A DNA stretch of 64,000 nucleotides from Nemertoderma westbladi (lineage: Eukaryota; Animalia; Xenacoelomorpha). Both the position numbers and the translations under genes were made by a program. The DNA lies in assembly GCA_032718475.1 (NCBI GenBank), contig JAUCBJ010003383.1:133464-197463 (forward strand), given 5' to 3'. Of this stretch, positions 48,601 through 62,125 are shown piece by piece (position 1 is the stretch's first letter; each line of letters opens with the position of its first letter). A model generated the notes under the pieces. It had not been told where the DNA came from, made no database searches, and saw only the letters and a program-made list of their open reading frames with translations.

Positions 48601-51600
48601 TTAAGCTTTATTTTAGCCAACTAATGACATATATTTTATTTATTAATTTAGTGGTGATATTTATCCTGATTGTTTTACTATGATGTTGTAAAAGTGTAAC
48701 CTTATAATCGTATATTTGTCACAATTTTATTAATAAATGCCAGTTAGTCTTGTTTGCGCTTATGTGCGCGAGTATATATATCCAGCAGGCAACAACACGC
48801 GATGGTGATCTATCCAGCAGGAAACAACACGCGCTCGTGATCTATCAAGCAGGCAACATTCGCGCGGGTGATAGTTCCAGCAGGCAACAACATGCGCTCG
48901 TGATCTATCAAGCAGGCAACAGCACGCGCTCTTGATCTATCAAGCAGGCAACAACACGCGCTCTTGATCTATCAAGCAGGAAACAACACGCGCTGGTGAT
49001 CTATCCAGCAGGAAACAACACGCGCTGGTGATCTATCCAGCAGGCAACAACATGCACTGGTGATAGTTCCAGCAGGCAACAACACGCGCTGGTGATAGTT
49101 CCAGCAGCCAACAACACGCACTCGTGATCTATCCAGCAGGAAACAACACGCGCTGGTGATCTATCCAGCAGGAAACAACACGCGCTGGTGATCTATCCAG
49201 CAGGCAACAACATGCGCTGGTGATAGTTCCAGCAGGCAACAACACGCGCTGGTGATAGTTCCAGCAGCCAACAACACGCACTCGTGATCTATCCAGCAGG
49301 CAACAACACGCGCTCTTGATCTATCAAGCAGGCAACAACACGCGCTCTTGATCTATCAAGCGGGCAACAACACACACTCATGATCTATCCAGTAGGAAAC
49401 AACACGCGCTGGTGATCTATCCAGCAGGAAACAACACGCGCTGGTGATCTATCCAGCAGGCAACAACACACGCTGGTGATCTATCCAGCAGGCAACAACA
49501 CGCGCTGGTGATCTATCCAGCAGGCAACAACACGCGCTGGTGATCTATCCAGCATGCAACAACACGCGCTCGTGATCTATCCAGCAGGCAACAACACTCG
49601 CTCATGATCTATCCAGCAGGAAACAACACGCGCTGGTGATCTATCAAGCAGGCAACAACACGCGCTGGTGATCTATCAAGCAGGCAACAACACGCGCTCG
49701 TGATCTATCCAGCAGGAAACAACACGCGCTGGTGATCTATCCAGCAGGCAACAACACGCGCTGGTGATCTATCCAGCAGGAATCAACACGCGCTGGTGAT
49801 CTATCCAGCAGGCAACAACATGCGCTGGGGATAGTTCCAGCAGGCAACAATACGCGCTCGTGATCTATCCAGCAGGAAACAACACACGCTCGTGATCTAT
49901 CAAGCAGGCAACAACACGCGCTGGAGATAGTTCCAGCAGGCAACAATACGCGCTCGTGATCTATCCAGCAGGAAACAACACATGCTCGTGTGATCTATCC
50001 AGCAGGCAACAACAAGCGCTCGTGATCTATCCAGCAGGAAACAACACACGCTGGTGATCTATCCAGCAGGAAACAACACGCGCTGGTGATCTATCCAGCA
50101 GGCAACAATACGCACTCGTGACGTGATCTATCCAGCAGGAAACAACACACGCTCGTGATCTATCAAGCAGGCAACAACACGCGCTGGTGATAGTCCCAGC
50201 AGGCAACAATACGCGCTCGTGATCTATCCAGCAGGAAACAACACATGCTCGTGATCTATCCAGCAGGCAACAACAAGCACTCGTGATCTATCCAGCAGGA
50301 AACAACACGGGCTGGTGATCTATCCAGCAGGAAACAACACGCGCTGGTGATCTATCCAGCAGGCAACAACACGCGCTGGTGATCTATCCAGCAGAAAACA
50401 ACACGCGCTGGTGATCTATCCAGCAGGCAACAACATGCGCTGGGGATCTATCCAGCAGGCAACAACAAGCGCTCGGGATCTATCCAGCAGGAAACAACAT
50501 GCGCTCGTGATCTATCAAGCAGGCAACAACACACGCTGGTGATATTTCCAGCAGGCAACAACACGCACTCGTGATCTATCCAGCAGGAAAAAACCACACG
50601 CACTCGTGATCTATCAAGCAGGCAACAACACGCGCTGGTGATAGTTCCAGCAGGCAACAACACGCGCTCGTGATCTATTCAGCAGGAAACAACACGCGCT
50701 CGTGATCTATCAAGCAGGCAACAAGACGCGCTGGTGATAGTTCCAGCATGCAACAACACGCACTCGTGATCTAACCAGCAGGAAACAACACGCGCTTGTG
50801 ATCTATCAAGCAGGCAACAACATGCGCTGGTGATAGTTCAAGCACGCAACAACACGCGCTCGTGATCTATCCAGCAGGACACAACACGCGCTTGTGATAT
50901 ATCAAGGAAGCAACAACACGCGCTGGTGATAGTTCCAGCAGGCAACAACACGCGCTCGTTATATATCAAGCAGGCAACAAAACGCGCTCGTGATCTATCC
51001 AGCAGGAAACAACACGTGCTGGTGATCTATCCAGCAGGCAACAACGTGCACTCGTGATCTATCCAGCATGCAACAACACGCGCTTGTGATCTATCAAGCA
51101 GGCGACAACACGCGCTGGTGATCTATCCAGCAGGTCACAACACGCACTCGTGATCTATCCAGCAGGCAACAACACGCCCTGGTGATCTATCCAGCAGGAA
51201 ACAACACGCGCTGGTGATCTATCAAGCAGGCAACAACATGTGCTCGTGATCTATCCAGCATGCAACAACACGTACTCATGATCTATCAAGCAGGCAACAA
51301 CACACTCTGGTGATCTATCCAGCAGGCAACAACACGCGCTCGTGATCTATCAAGCAGGCAACAACATGCGCTCGTGATCTATCCAACAGCCAACAACACG
51401 CGCTGGTGATCTATCCAGCTGGCAACAACATGCGCTCGTGATCTATCAAGCAGGCAACAACATGTGCTGGTGATAGTTCCAGCAGGCAACAATACGCGCT
51501 CGTTATCTATCCAGCAGGAAACAACACATGCTCGTGATCTATCAAGCAGGCAACAACACACGCTCGTGATCTATCCAGCAGGCAACAACACGCGCTGGTG

Positions 51601-54600
51601 ATCTATCCAGCAGGCAACAACACACGATTGTCATCTATCAAGCAGGCAACAACATGCACTGGTGATAGTTCCAGCAGGCAACAACACGCGCTCGTGATCT
51701 ATCCAGCAGGAAACAACACGCGCTGGTGATCTATCCAGCAGGAAACAACACGCGCTGGTGATCTATCCAGCAGGAAACAACACACGCTCGTGATCTATCA
51801 AGCAGGCAACAACACGCGCTGGTGATAGTTCCAGCAGGCAACAACACACACTCATGATCTATCCAGCAGGAAACAACACGCGCTGGTGATCTATCCAGCA
51901 GGAAACAACACGCGCTGGTGATCTATCCAGCAGGAAACAACACGCGCTGGTGATCTATCCAGCAGGCAACAACATGCGCTGGTGATAGTTCCAGCAGGCA
52001 ACAACACGCGCTGGTGATAGTTCCAGCAGCCAACAACACGCACTCGTGATCTACCCAGCAGGAAACAACACACGCTCGTGATCTATCAAGCAGGCAACAA
52101 CATGCGCTGGTGATAGTTCCAGCAGGCAACAAAACACGCTCGTGATCTATCAAGCAGGCAACAACAGGCGCTCTTGATCTATCAAGCAGGCAACAACATG
52201 CGCTCTTGATCTATCAAGCGGGCAACAACACACACTCATGATCTATCCAGCAGGATACAACACGCGCTGGTGATCTATCCAGCAGGAAACAACACGCGCT
52301 GGTGATCTATCCAGCAGGAAACAACACGCGCTGGTGATCTATCCAGCAGGAAACAACACGCGCTGGTGATCTATCCAGCAGGCAACAACACACGCTGGTG
52401 ATCTATCCAGCAGGCAACAACACGCGCTGGTGATCTATCCAGCAGGCAACAACACGCGCTGGTATCTATCCAGCAGGAAACAACACGCGCTGGTGATCTA
52501 TCCAGCAGGCAACAACATGCGCTGGTGATCTATCCAGTAGGCAACAACACGCACTCATGATCTATCCAGCAGGAAACAACATGCGCTGGTGATCTATCAA
52601 GCAGGCAACAACACGCGCTTGTGATCTATCCAGCAGGAAACAACACGCGCTGGTGATCTATCCAGCAGGCAACAACACGCGCTGGTGATCTATCCAGCAG
52701 GAATCAACACGCGCTAGCGATCTATCCAGCAGGCAACAACATGCGCTGGGGATAGTTCCAGCAAGCAACAATACGCGCTCGTGATCTATCCAGCAGGAAA
52801 CAACATTCGCTCGTGATCTATCAAGCAGGCAACAACATGCGCTGGTGATAGTTCCAGCAGGCAACAACACGCGATCGTGATCTATCCAGCAGGAAACAAC
52901 ACGCGCCCGTGATCTATCAAGCAGGCAACAACTCGCGCTGGTGATAGTTCCAGCAGGCAACGACACGCACTCGTGATCTATCCAGCAGGAAACAACACGC
53001 GCTCGTGATCTATCAAGCAGGCAACAACACGCGCTGGTGATAGTTCCAGCAGGCAACAACACGCACTCGTGATCTATCCAGCAGGAAATAACACGCGCTC
53101 GTGATCTATCAAGCAGGCAACGACACGCGTTGGTGATAGTTCCAGCAGGCAACAACACGCGCTCGTGATCTATCATGCAGGATACAACACACGCTTGTGA
53201 TCTATCAAGCACACAACAACATGCGCTGGTGATAGTTCCAGCATGCAACAACACGCACTCGTGATCTATCCAGCAGGAAACAACACGCGCTCGTGATCTA
53301 TCAAGCAGGCAACAACATGCGCTGGTGATAGTTCAAGCAGGCAACAACACGCGCTCGTGATCTATCCAGCAGGACACAACACGCGCTCATGATATATCAA
53401 GCAGGCAACAACACGCGCTGGTGATAGTTCCAGCAGGCAACAACACACGCTCGTGATCTATCCAGCAGGAAACAACACATGCTCGTGATCTATCAAGCAG
53501 GCAACAACACGCGCTGGTGATAGTTCCAGCAGGCAACAACATGCGCTTGTGATCTATCCAGCAGGAAACAACTCGAGCTCGTGATCTATCAAGCAGGAAA
53601 CAACACACACTGGTGATATTTCCAGCAGGCAACAACACGCGCTGGTGATCTATCCAGCAGGCCACAACACGCACTCGTGATCTATCCAGCAGGCAACAAC
53701 ACGCGCTGGTGATCTATCCAGCAGGATACAACACGCGCTGGTGATCTATCCAACAGGCAACAACATGTGCTGGGGATCTATCCAGCAGGCAACAACAAGC
53801 GCTCGTGATCTATCCAGCAGGAAACAACACGCGCTCGTGATCTATCAAGCAGGAAACAACACACGCTGGTGATATTTCCAGCAGGCAACAATACGCACTC
53901 GTGATCTATCCAGCAGGAAAAAACCACACGCGCTTGTGATCTATCAAGCAGGCAACAACACGCGCTGGTGATAGTTCCAGCAGGCAACAACACGCGCTCA
54001 TGATCTATTCAGCAGGAAACAACACGCGCTCGTGATCTATCAAGCAGGCAACAAAACGCGCCGGTGATAGTTCCAACAGACAACGACACGCACTCGTGAT
54101 CTATCCAGCAGGAAACAACACGCGCTCGTGATCTATCAAGCAGGAAACAACACACGCTGGTGATATTTCCAGCAGGCAACAACACGCACTCGTGATCTAT
54201 CCAGCAGGAAATAACACGCGCTTGTGATCTATCAAGCAGGCAACAACACGCGTTGGTGATAGTTCCAGCAGGCAACAACACGTGCTCGTGATCTATCCAG
54301 CAGGATACAACACGCGCTGGTGATCTATCCAGCAGGCAACAACATGCGCTGGGGATCTATCCAGCAGGCAACAACAAGCGCTCATGATCTATCCAGCAGG
54401 AAACAACACGCGCTGGTGATCTATCCAGCAGGCCACAACACGCACTCGTGATCTATCCAGCAGGCAACAACACGCGGCGCTGGTGATCTATCCAGCAGGA
54501 TACAACACGCGCTGGTGATCTATCCAACAGGCAACAACATGTGCTGGGGATCTATCCAGCAGGCAACAACAAGCGCTCGTGATCTATCCAGCAGGAAACA

Positions 54601-57600
54601 ACACGCGCTCGTGATCTATCAAGCAGGAAACAACACACGCTGGTGATATTTCCAGCAGGCAACAATACGCACTCGTGATCTATCCAGCAGGAAAAAACCA
54701 CACGCGCTTGTGATCTATCAAGCAGGCAACAACACGCGCTGGTGATAGTTCCAGCAGGCAACAACACGCGCTCATGATCTATTCAGCAGGAAACAACACG
54801 CGCTCGTGATCTATCAAGCAGGCAACAAAACGCGCTGGTGATAGTTCCAACAGACAACGACACGCACTCGTGATCTATCCAGCAGGAAACAACACGCGCT
54901 CGTGATCTATCAAGCAGGAAACAACACACGCTGGTGATATTTCCAGCAGGCAATAACACGCACTCGTGATCTATCCAGCAGGAAAAAACCACACGCGCTT
55001 GTGATCTATCAAGCAGGCAACAACATGCGCTGGTGATAGTTCAAGCAGGCAACAACACGCACTCGTGATCTATCCAGCAAGACACAACACGCGCTTGTGA
55101 TATATGAAGGGGGCAACAACACGCGCTGGTGATAGTTCCAGCAGGCAACAACACGCGCTCGTGATATATCAAGCAGGCAAAAACACGCGCTCGTGATCTA
55201 TCCAGCAGGAAACAACACGTGCTGGTGATCTATCCAGCAGGCAACAACACGCGCTCGTGATCTATCAAGCAGGCAACAAGACGCGCTGGTGATAGTTCCA
55301 ACAGACAACGACACGGACTCGTGATCTATCCAGCAGGAAACAACACGCGCTCGTGATCTATCAAGCAGGCAACAACACGCGCTGGTGATAGTTCCAGCAG
55401 GCAACAACACGCACTCGTGATCTATCCAGCAGGAAACAACACGCGCTCGTGATCTATCAAGCAGGCAACAACACGCGCTGGTGATAGTTCCAGCAGGCAA
55501 CAACACACGATCGTGATCTATCCAGCAGGATACAACACACGCTTGTGATCTATCAAGCACGCAACAACATGCGCTGGTGATAGTTCCAGCATGCAACAAC
55601 ACGCACTCGTGATCTATCCAGCAGGAAACAACACGCGCTTGTGATCTATCAAGCAGGCAACAACATGCGCTGGTGATAGTTCAAGCAGGCAACAACACGC
55701 ACTCGTGATCTATCCAGCAGGACACAACACGCGCTTGTGATATATGAAGGGGGCAACAACACGCGCTGGTGATAGTTCCAGCAGGCAACAACACGCGCTC
55801 GTGATATATCAAGCAGGCAAAAACACGCGCTCGTGATCTATCCAGCAGGAAACAACACGTGCTGGTGATCTATCCAGCAGGCAACAACACGCACTCGTGA
55901 TCTATCCAGCATGCAACAACACGCGCTTGTGATCTATCAAGCAGGCAACAACACACGCCGGTGATCTATTCAGCAGGTCACAACACGCACTCATGATCTA
56001 TCCAGCAGGCAACAACACGCGCTGGTGATCTATCCAGCAGGAAACAACACACGCTGGTGATCTATCCAGCAGGCAACAACATGCGCTCGCGATCTATCAA
56101 GCAGGAAACAACACGCGCTGGTGATCTATCCAGCAGGCAACAACACGCACTCGTGATCTATCCAGCATGCAACAACACGTACTCGTGATCTATCAAGCAG
56201 GCAACAACACACGCTGGTGATCTATCCAGCAGGCAACAACACACGCTCATGATCTATCAAGCAGGCAACAACACGCGCTGGTGATAGTTCCAGCAGGCAA
56301 CAACACGCACTCGTGATCTATCCAGCAGGAAATAACACGCGCTCATGATCTATCAAGCAGGCAACAACACGCGTTGGTGATAGTTCCAGCAGGCAACAAC
56401 ACGCGCTCGTGATCTATCCAGCAGGATACAACACACGCTTGCGATCTATCAAGCACGCAACAACATGCGCTGGTGATAGTTCCAGCATGCAACAACATGC
56501 ACTCGTGATCTATCCAGCAGGAAAAAACACGCGCTCGTGATCTATCAAGCAGGCAACAACATGCGCTGGTGATAGTTCAAGCAGGCAACAACACGCGCTC
56601 GTGATCTATCCAGCAGGAAACAACACACACTCGTGATCTATCAAGCAGGCAACAACACGAGCTGGTGATAGTTCCAGCAGGCAACAATATGCGCTTGTGA
56701 TCTATCCAGCAGGAAACAACACGAGCTCGTGATCTATCAAGCAGGCAACAACACACGCTGGTGATATTGCAAGCAGGCAACAACACGCACTCGTGATCTA
56801 TCCAGCAGGAAAAAACCACACGCGCTCGTGATCTATCAAGCAGGCAACAACACGCGCTGGTGATAGTTCCAGTAGGCAACAACACGCACTCGTGATCTAT
56901 CCAGCAGAAAACAAGACGCGCTCGTGATCTATCAAGCAGGCAACAACACGCGCTGGTGATAGTTCCAGCAGGCAACAACACGCGCTCGTGATCTATCCAG
57001 CAGGAAACAACATGAGCTCGTGATCTATCAAGCAGGCAACAACACACGCTGGTGATATTTCCAGCAGGCAACAACACGCACTCGTGATCTATCCAGCAGG
57101 AAAAAACCACACGCGCTCGTGATCTATCAAGTAGGCAACAACACGCGCTGGTGATAGTTCCAGTAGGCAACAACACGCACTCGTGATCTATCCAGCAGAA
57201 AACAAGACGCGCTCGTGATCTATCAAGCAGGCAACAACACGCGCTGGTGATAGTTCCAGCAGGCAACAACACGCGCTCGTGATCTATCCAGTAGGAAACA
57301 ACACGCGCTCATGATCTATCAAGCAGTCAACAACACGCGCTGGTGATAGTTCCAGCAGGCAACAACACGCGCTCGTGATCTATCCAGCAGGAAACAACAC
57401 GCGCTCATGATCTATTAAGCAGGCAACAACCCGCGCTGGTGATAGTTCCAGCAGGCAACAACACGCGCTCGTGATCTATCCAGCAGGAAAAAGCCACACC
57501 CGCTGGTTATAGTTCCAGCAGGCAACAACACCCGCTGGTTATAGTTCCAGCAGGCAACAACACGTGCTCGTGATCTATCCAGCAGGAAATAACACGTGCT

Positions 57601-60600
57601 CGTGATCTATCAAGCAGGCAACAACACGCGCTAGTGATAGTTCCAACAGGCAACAACACGCGCTCGTGATCTATCCAGCAGGATACAACACACTCTTGTG
57701 ATCTATCAAGCAGGCAACAACACGCACTGGTGATAGTTCCAGCAGGCAACAACACGCACTCGTGATCTATCCAGCAGGCAACAACACGCGCTGGTGATCT
57801 ATCCAGCAGGAAACAACACGCGCTGGTGATCTATCCAGCAGGCAACAACACGCGCTGGTGATCTATCCAGCAGGCAACAACACGCACTGGTGATATATCA
57901 AGCAGGCAACAACACGCGCTGGTGATCTATCCAGCAGGAAACAACACGCGCTGGTGATCTATCCAGCAGGCAACAACACGCGCTGGTGATCTATCAAGCA
58001 GGCAACAACACGCGCTGGTGATCTATCAAGCAGGCAACAACACGCGCTGGTGATCTATCCAGCAGGAAGCAACACGCGCTGGTGATCTATCCAGCAGGCA
58101 ACAACACGCGCTGCTGATCTATCAAGCAGGCAACATTTCATTTTCGTTCCGGCTTACTCAACCGGTGGCTATATTTAGTTAAACACAGAATAATAAAATG
58201 GTTTTGCACAGAATAACAAACAAACACAAACACATTTAAGTAAGAATACCATAGAGGCTCAGAGCAACACTAAGTAAAAATATCATAGAGGCACAGAGCA
58301 ACACATATATCGGAATGAATATAAAAGAACATTGTTGGTCTACAAACATCATAACGAAACAAATAAACCATAATACATTTATTAACCATTGCCTAATTCA
58401 ATTAAATGGTTAACACCCCAGTGGCTTTATTAACTTTGGTTTATATAGTCCATAATTACTTCTTGCTTGGACGCGAAATCAGTAAAAGTAGTAACCCTCA
58501 TATTTAATACACAAGCTATAAACCAGGTTTTTATAAGATCCACGTCTGAGATATCTTGCTGTTCACTACACCTCTTTTGTTTTAGAAGAGTATTAATTCC
58601 GTATTTATTGCCACTCAGTGAAGGTAGTGATGGAAGATCTAGCAACCACGAATTGTTTTTATATTGCGAACAATTGCAGCAACAACACGCACTCGTGATC
58701 TATCCAGCATGCAACAACACGCGCTTGTGATCTATCAAGCAGGCAACAACACACGCCGGTGATCTATCCAGCAGGTCACAACACGCACTCATGATCTATC
58801 CAGCAGGCAACAACACGCGCTGGTGATCTATCCAGCAGGAAACAACACGCGCTGGTGATCTATCCAGCAGGCAACAACATGCGCTCGCGATCTATCAAGC
58901 AGGAAACAACACGCGCTGGTGATCTATCCAGCAGGAAAAAACCACACGCGCTCGTGATCTATCAAGCAGGCAACAACACGCGCTGGTGATAGTTCCAGTA
59001 GGCAACAACACGCACTCGTGATCTATCCAGCAGAAAACAAGACGCGCTCGTGATCTATCAAGCAGGCAACAACACGCGCTGGTGATAGTTCCAGCAGGCA
59101 ACAACACGCGCTCGTGATCTATCCAGCAGGAAACAACATGAGCTCGTGATCTATCAAGCAGGCAACAACACACGCTGGTGATATTTCCAGCAGGCAACAA
59201 CACGCACTCGTGATCTATCCAGCAGGAAAAAACCACACGCGCTCGTGATCTATCAAGTAGGCAACAACACGCGCTGGTGATAGTTCCAGTAGGCAACAAC
59301 ACGCACTCATGATCTATCCAGCAGAAAACAAGACGCGCTCGTGATCTATCAAGCAGTCAACAACACGCGCTGGTGATAGTTCCAGCAGGCAACAACACGC
59401 GCTCGTGATCTATCCAGTAGGAAACAACACGCGCTCATGATCTATCAAGCAGTCAACAACACGCGCTGGTGATAGTTCCAGCAGGCAACAACACGCGCTC
59501 GTGATCTATCCAGCAGGAAACAACACGCGCTCATGATCTATTAAGCAGGCAACAACCCGCGCTGGTGATAGTTCCAGCAGGCAACAACACGCGCTCGTGA
59601 TCTATCCAGCAGGAAAAAGCCACACACGCTGGTTATAGTTCCAGCAGGCAACAACACCCGCTGGTTATAGTTCCAGCAGGCAACAACACGCGCTCGTGAT
59701 CTATCCAGCAGGAAATAACACGTGCTCGTGATCTATCAAGCAGGCAACAACACGCGCTAGTGATAGTTCCAACAGGCAACAACACGCGCTCGTGATCTAT
59801 CCAGCAGGATACAACACACTCTTGTGATCTATCAAGCAGGCAACAACACGCACTGGTGATAGTTCCAGCAGGCAACAACACGCACTCGTGATCTATCCAG
59901 CAGGCAACAACACGCGCTGGTGATCTATCCAGCAGGCAACAACACGCACTGGTGATATATCAAGCAGGCAACAACACGCGCTGGTGATCTATCCAGCAGG
60001 AAACAACACGCGCTGGTGATCTATCCAGCAGGCAACAACACGCGCTGGTGATCTATCAAGCAGGCAACAACACGCGCTGGTGATCTATCAAGCAGGCAAC
60101 ATTTCATTTTCGTTCCGGCTTACTCAACCGGTGGCTATATTTAGTTAAACACAGAATAATAAAATGGTTTTGCACAGAATAACAAACAAACACAAACACA
60201 TTTAAGTAAGAATACCATAGAGGCTCAGAGCAACACTAAGTAAAAATATCATAGAGGCACAGAGCAACACATATATCGGAATGAATATAAAAGAACATTG
60301 TTGGTCTATAAACATCATAACGAAACAAATAAACCATAATACATTTATTAACCCTGCCTAATTCAATTAAATATATTATGTAAATAGGACAATATGATAA
60401 TGCTCTCCATAGCGAAAAATATCAACCGGCCCTATTGGGGCTCGAACCCGGTACCTAGGTTTCAAACTTCTGGTTATCATCAGCCGGGTGAGTGTACTGA
60501 GCTACCAGACCGGATGAATATTTCGCTATGGAGTGGGAGATCATATTTAGGCCAACTAATCACTCAAAGGAAAGTACAAGTTCGTTATTCCCGTGCTCTG

Positions 60601-62020
60601 CCAGAAATGGCAACCATGCCTCAAAGAATAACTAACTATAGCAACAACACGCGCTCGTGATCTATACAGCAGGCAACAACACGCGCTGGTGAACTATCCA
60701 GCAGGCAACAACACGCGCTGGTGATCTAACCAGCAGGCCAAGTTCTGTTGCATTGGGTTTTTTCAACGTGGTCTTTGTTACCTTGGTTAAAGAATATACA
60801 GATCAATAATTAATCTTGTATGTGTATGTGAGTGAACATTGGAGGCTCACCTCGTATTTCTATTTATGTTACAATTGTTCATATCTCAACTAGATGGGGA
60901 GATGGTGCGATTCATTCCATATCTTTGATTTTTCCAGGAATACCAAACCTTCCACTTTTGTACAAGGATATCTTTCTGATAGAGAAGATGTTGGGTAAAC
61001 AGAAAATTTATACTTCGCCAACAAGGCCATCAATGAAATAAATAGACTCATGGTATATGATTTGCTTTGAGGTAGCCATTGAGCCTTCAATATGACAGAA
61101 TTGGCATCGGGGTAATTCGAATCATCCTGAACAAATTGTTTATGCCATGCATGATCTGACACATATAGTTTTAGGATTCCTTTATTGACAGCAATCCACT
61201 TATTTGTCTCGATTTCTTGTGGTGGTATCATTTTGTACAGTACCTTGCTGGAGAACATGGTGAATTTATTTGAACCAATAATATAGATCATGGAAAACAT
61301 CGGGTAGGATATTACGTGTTGGGGGTACAATTTAGATGTAATACGTATTAAAATTAGCTCGTTTAACTCGTCTCTTGTTGTATAAATATCCCTAATACCA
61401 TTAATACATAAAACAGTTATATTTCATCATAATAAACATACCACTTTCGTACATTACATAATTACATATACAGTACGAATGTGGGCATATTATGCAAGCC
61501 ATACGTACATGAAGTAATAATTACTATGTCTTTTTGATGGTACATACTGCTACTACTGTTTTGGACGAATAAAAATACATTGGATTTACTGTGGCAAAAT
61601 ATATTTTGATAATAAAATATCTTGAATACTCACTGAAATCCGATAATCGCCATTATTTCCAACCTTCTCTGTTACATTAACAACTACAGCTGGACCCATT
61701 AACTTCTCCATTTCCATGGTGTCTAGACGTGGTTTCCCCTCTACGAAATGATTTAGTGCGTCCATGTGTGTTCCTATGTGCTCGGGAGTGAAGAATTCAC
61801 CTATCTCGTAATAGGTACCCCCTTGAGGAAATTCTTCGGGGCTCGTTCGGTTCCAAAGAAAGGGTTTCACAGAGTTCGGCCAAGCCACGGATTGTTCGTC
61901 CAATGAATAGGATAAATCTATTGTCCTCGATGGATCGAAAGTATACGAATCGGCATTATCACTGATGATTTGGGACGTGCCGTATTGCCAGGTTGTTGTG
62001 ATTAATAAATAAAGCAGCAT
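45144..62020 (-). CDS. Cyclase-family metallohydrolase, paralogue B; complement(join(45144..45602,61634..62020)), 281 aa
   Basis: Signal peptide and EHIGTHMDALNHF. The intron has the same position and phase as in paralogue A (donor GTGAGT at 61633, acceptor tttcAG at 45603). Both exons align end to end with paralogue A. Confidence 0.88.
46033..47627. mobile_element. Non-autonomous piggyBac (1595 bp)
   Basis: TTAA|CCCTATTACCACTGGGG ... CCCCAGTGGTAATAGGG|TTAA, a perfect 17-bp TIR. Subterminal GGG(C)CGATTCGGCCC motifs. Internal repeats of about 120 bp in both orientations. Confidence 0.92.
47632..48740 (+). pseudogene. 3' part of a non-LTR retrotransposon
   Basis: FSINGQLIPEIQTIEFLGYTL...RIDSAYRQALRRLL is the post-RT region; an AT-rich 3' UTR ends near AATAAA at about 48732. 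Confidence 0.6.
48777..58134. repeat. 32-bp satellite array, main block (about 9.4 kb, roughly 290 copies)
   Basis: Unit GATCTATC(C/A)AGCAGG(C/A)AACAACACGCGCT(G/C)GT with the variant GATAGTTCC. Local 96-bp trimer periodicity. Confidence 0.97.
58678..60100. repeat. 32-bp satellite array, second block (about 3 more copies at 60640-60740)
   Basis: Same unit as the main block. It ends with the same junction and flank. Confidence 0.95.
60371..60592 (-). mobile_element. Dispersed repeat with a tRNA-like core (copy 2)
   Basis: Near-identical to 8912-9139. Confidence 0.8.
61634..62020 (-). CDS. Cyclase paralogue B exon 1
   Basis: MLLYLLITTTWQYGTSQIISDN...IDLSYSLD...EHIGTHMDALNHF...GPAVVVNVTEKVGNNGDYRIS, then donor GTGAGT. 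Confidence 0.92.
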
Positions 62021-62125
62021 ATTTTATTTTATTTTCTTTGCCTTTTCTATTGCTAATAATTGATATATACCTCAAATACCTCAAAGGCATCAAATAAATA
62101 AAAAAAGCTAGAAATTGACTACTAC

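Noticed and set aside
48777-60740. CRISPR array (32-bp periodicity)
   Set aside because: The units are contiguous with no unique spacers, there are no cas genes, and the context is a eukaryotic intron.
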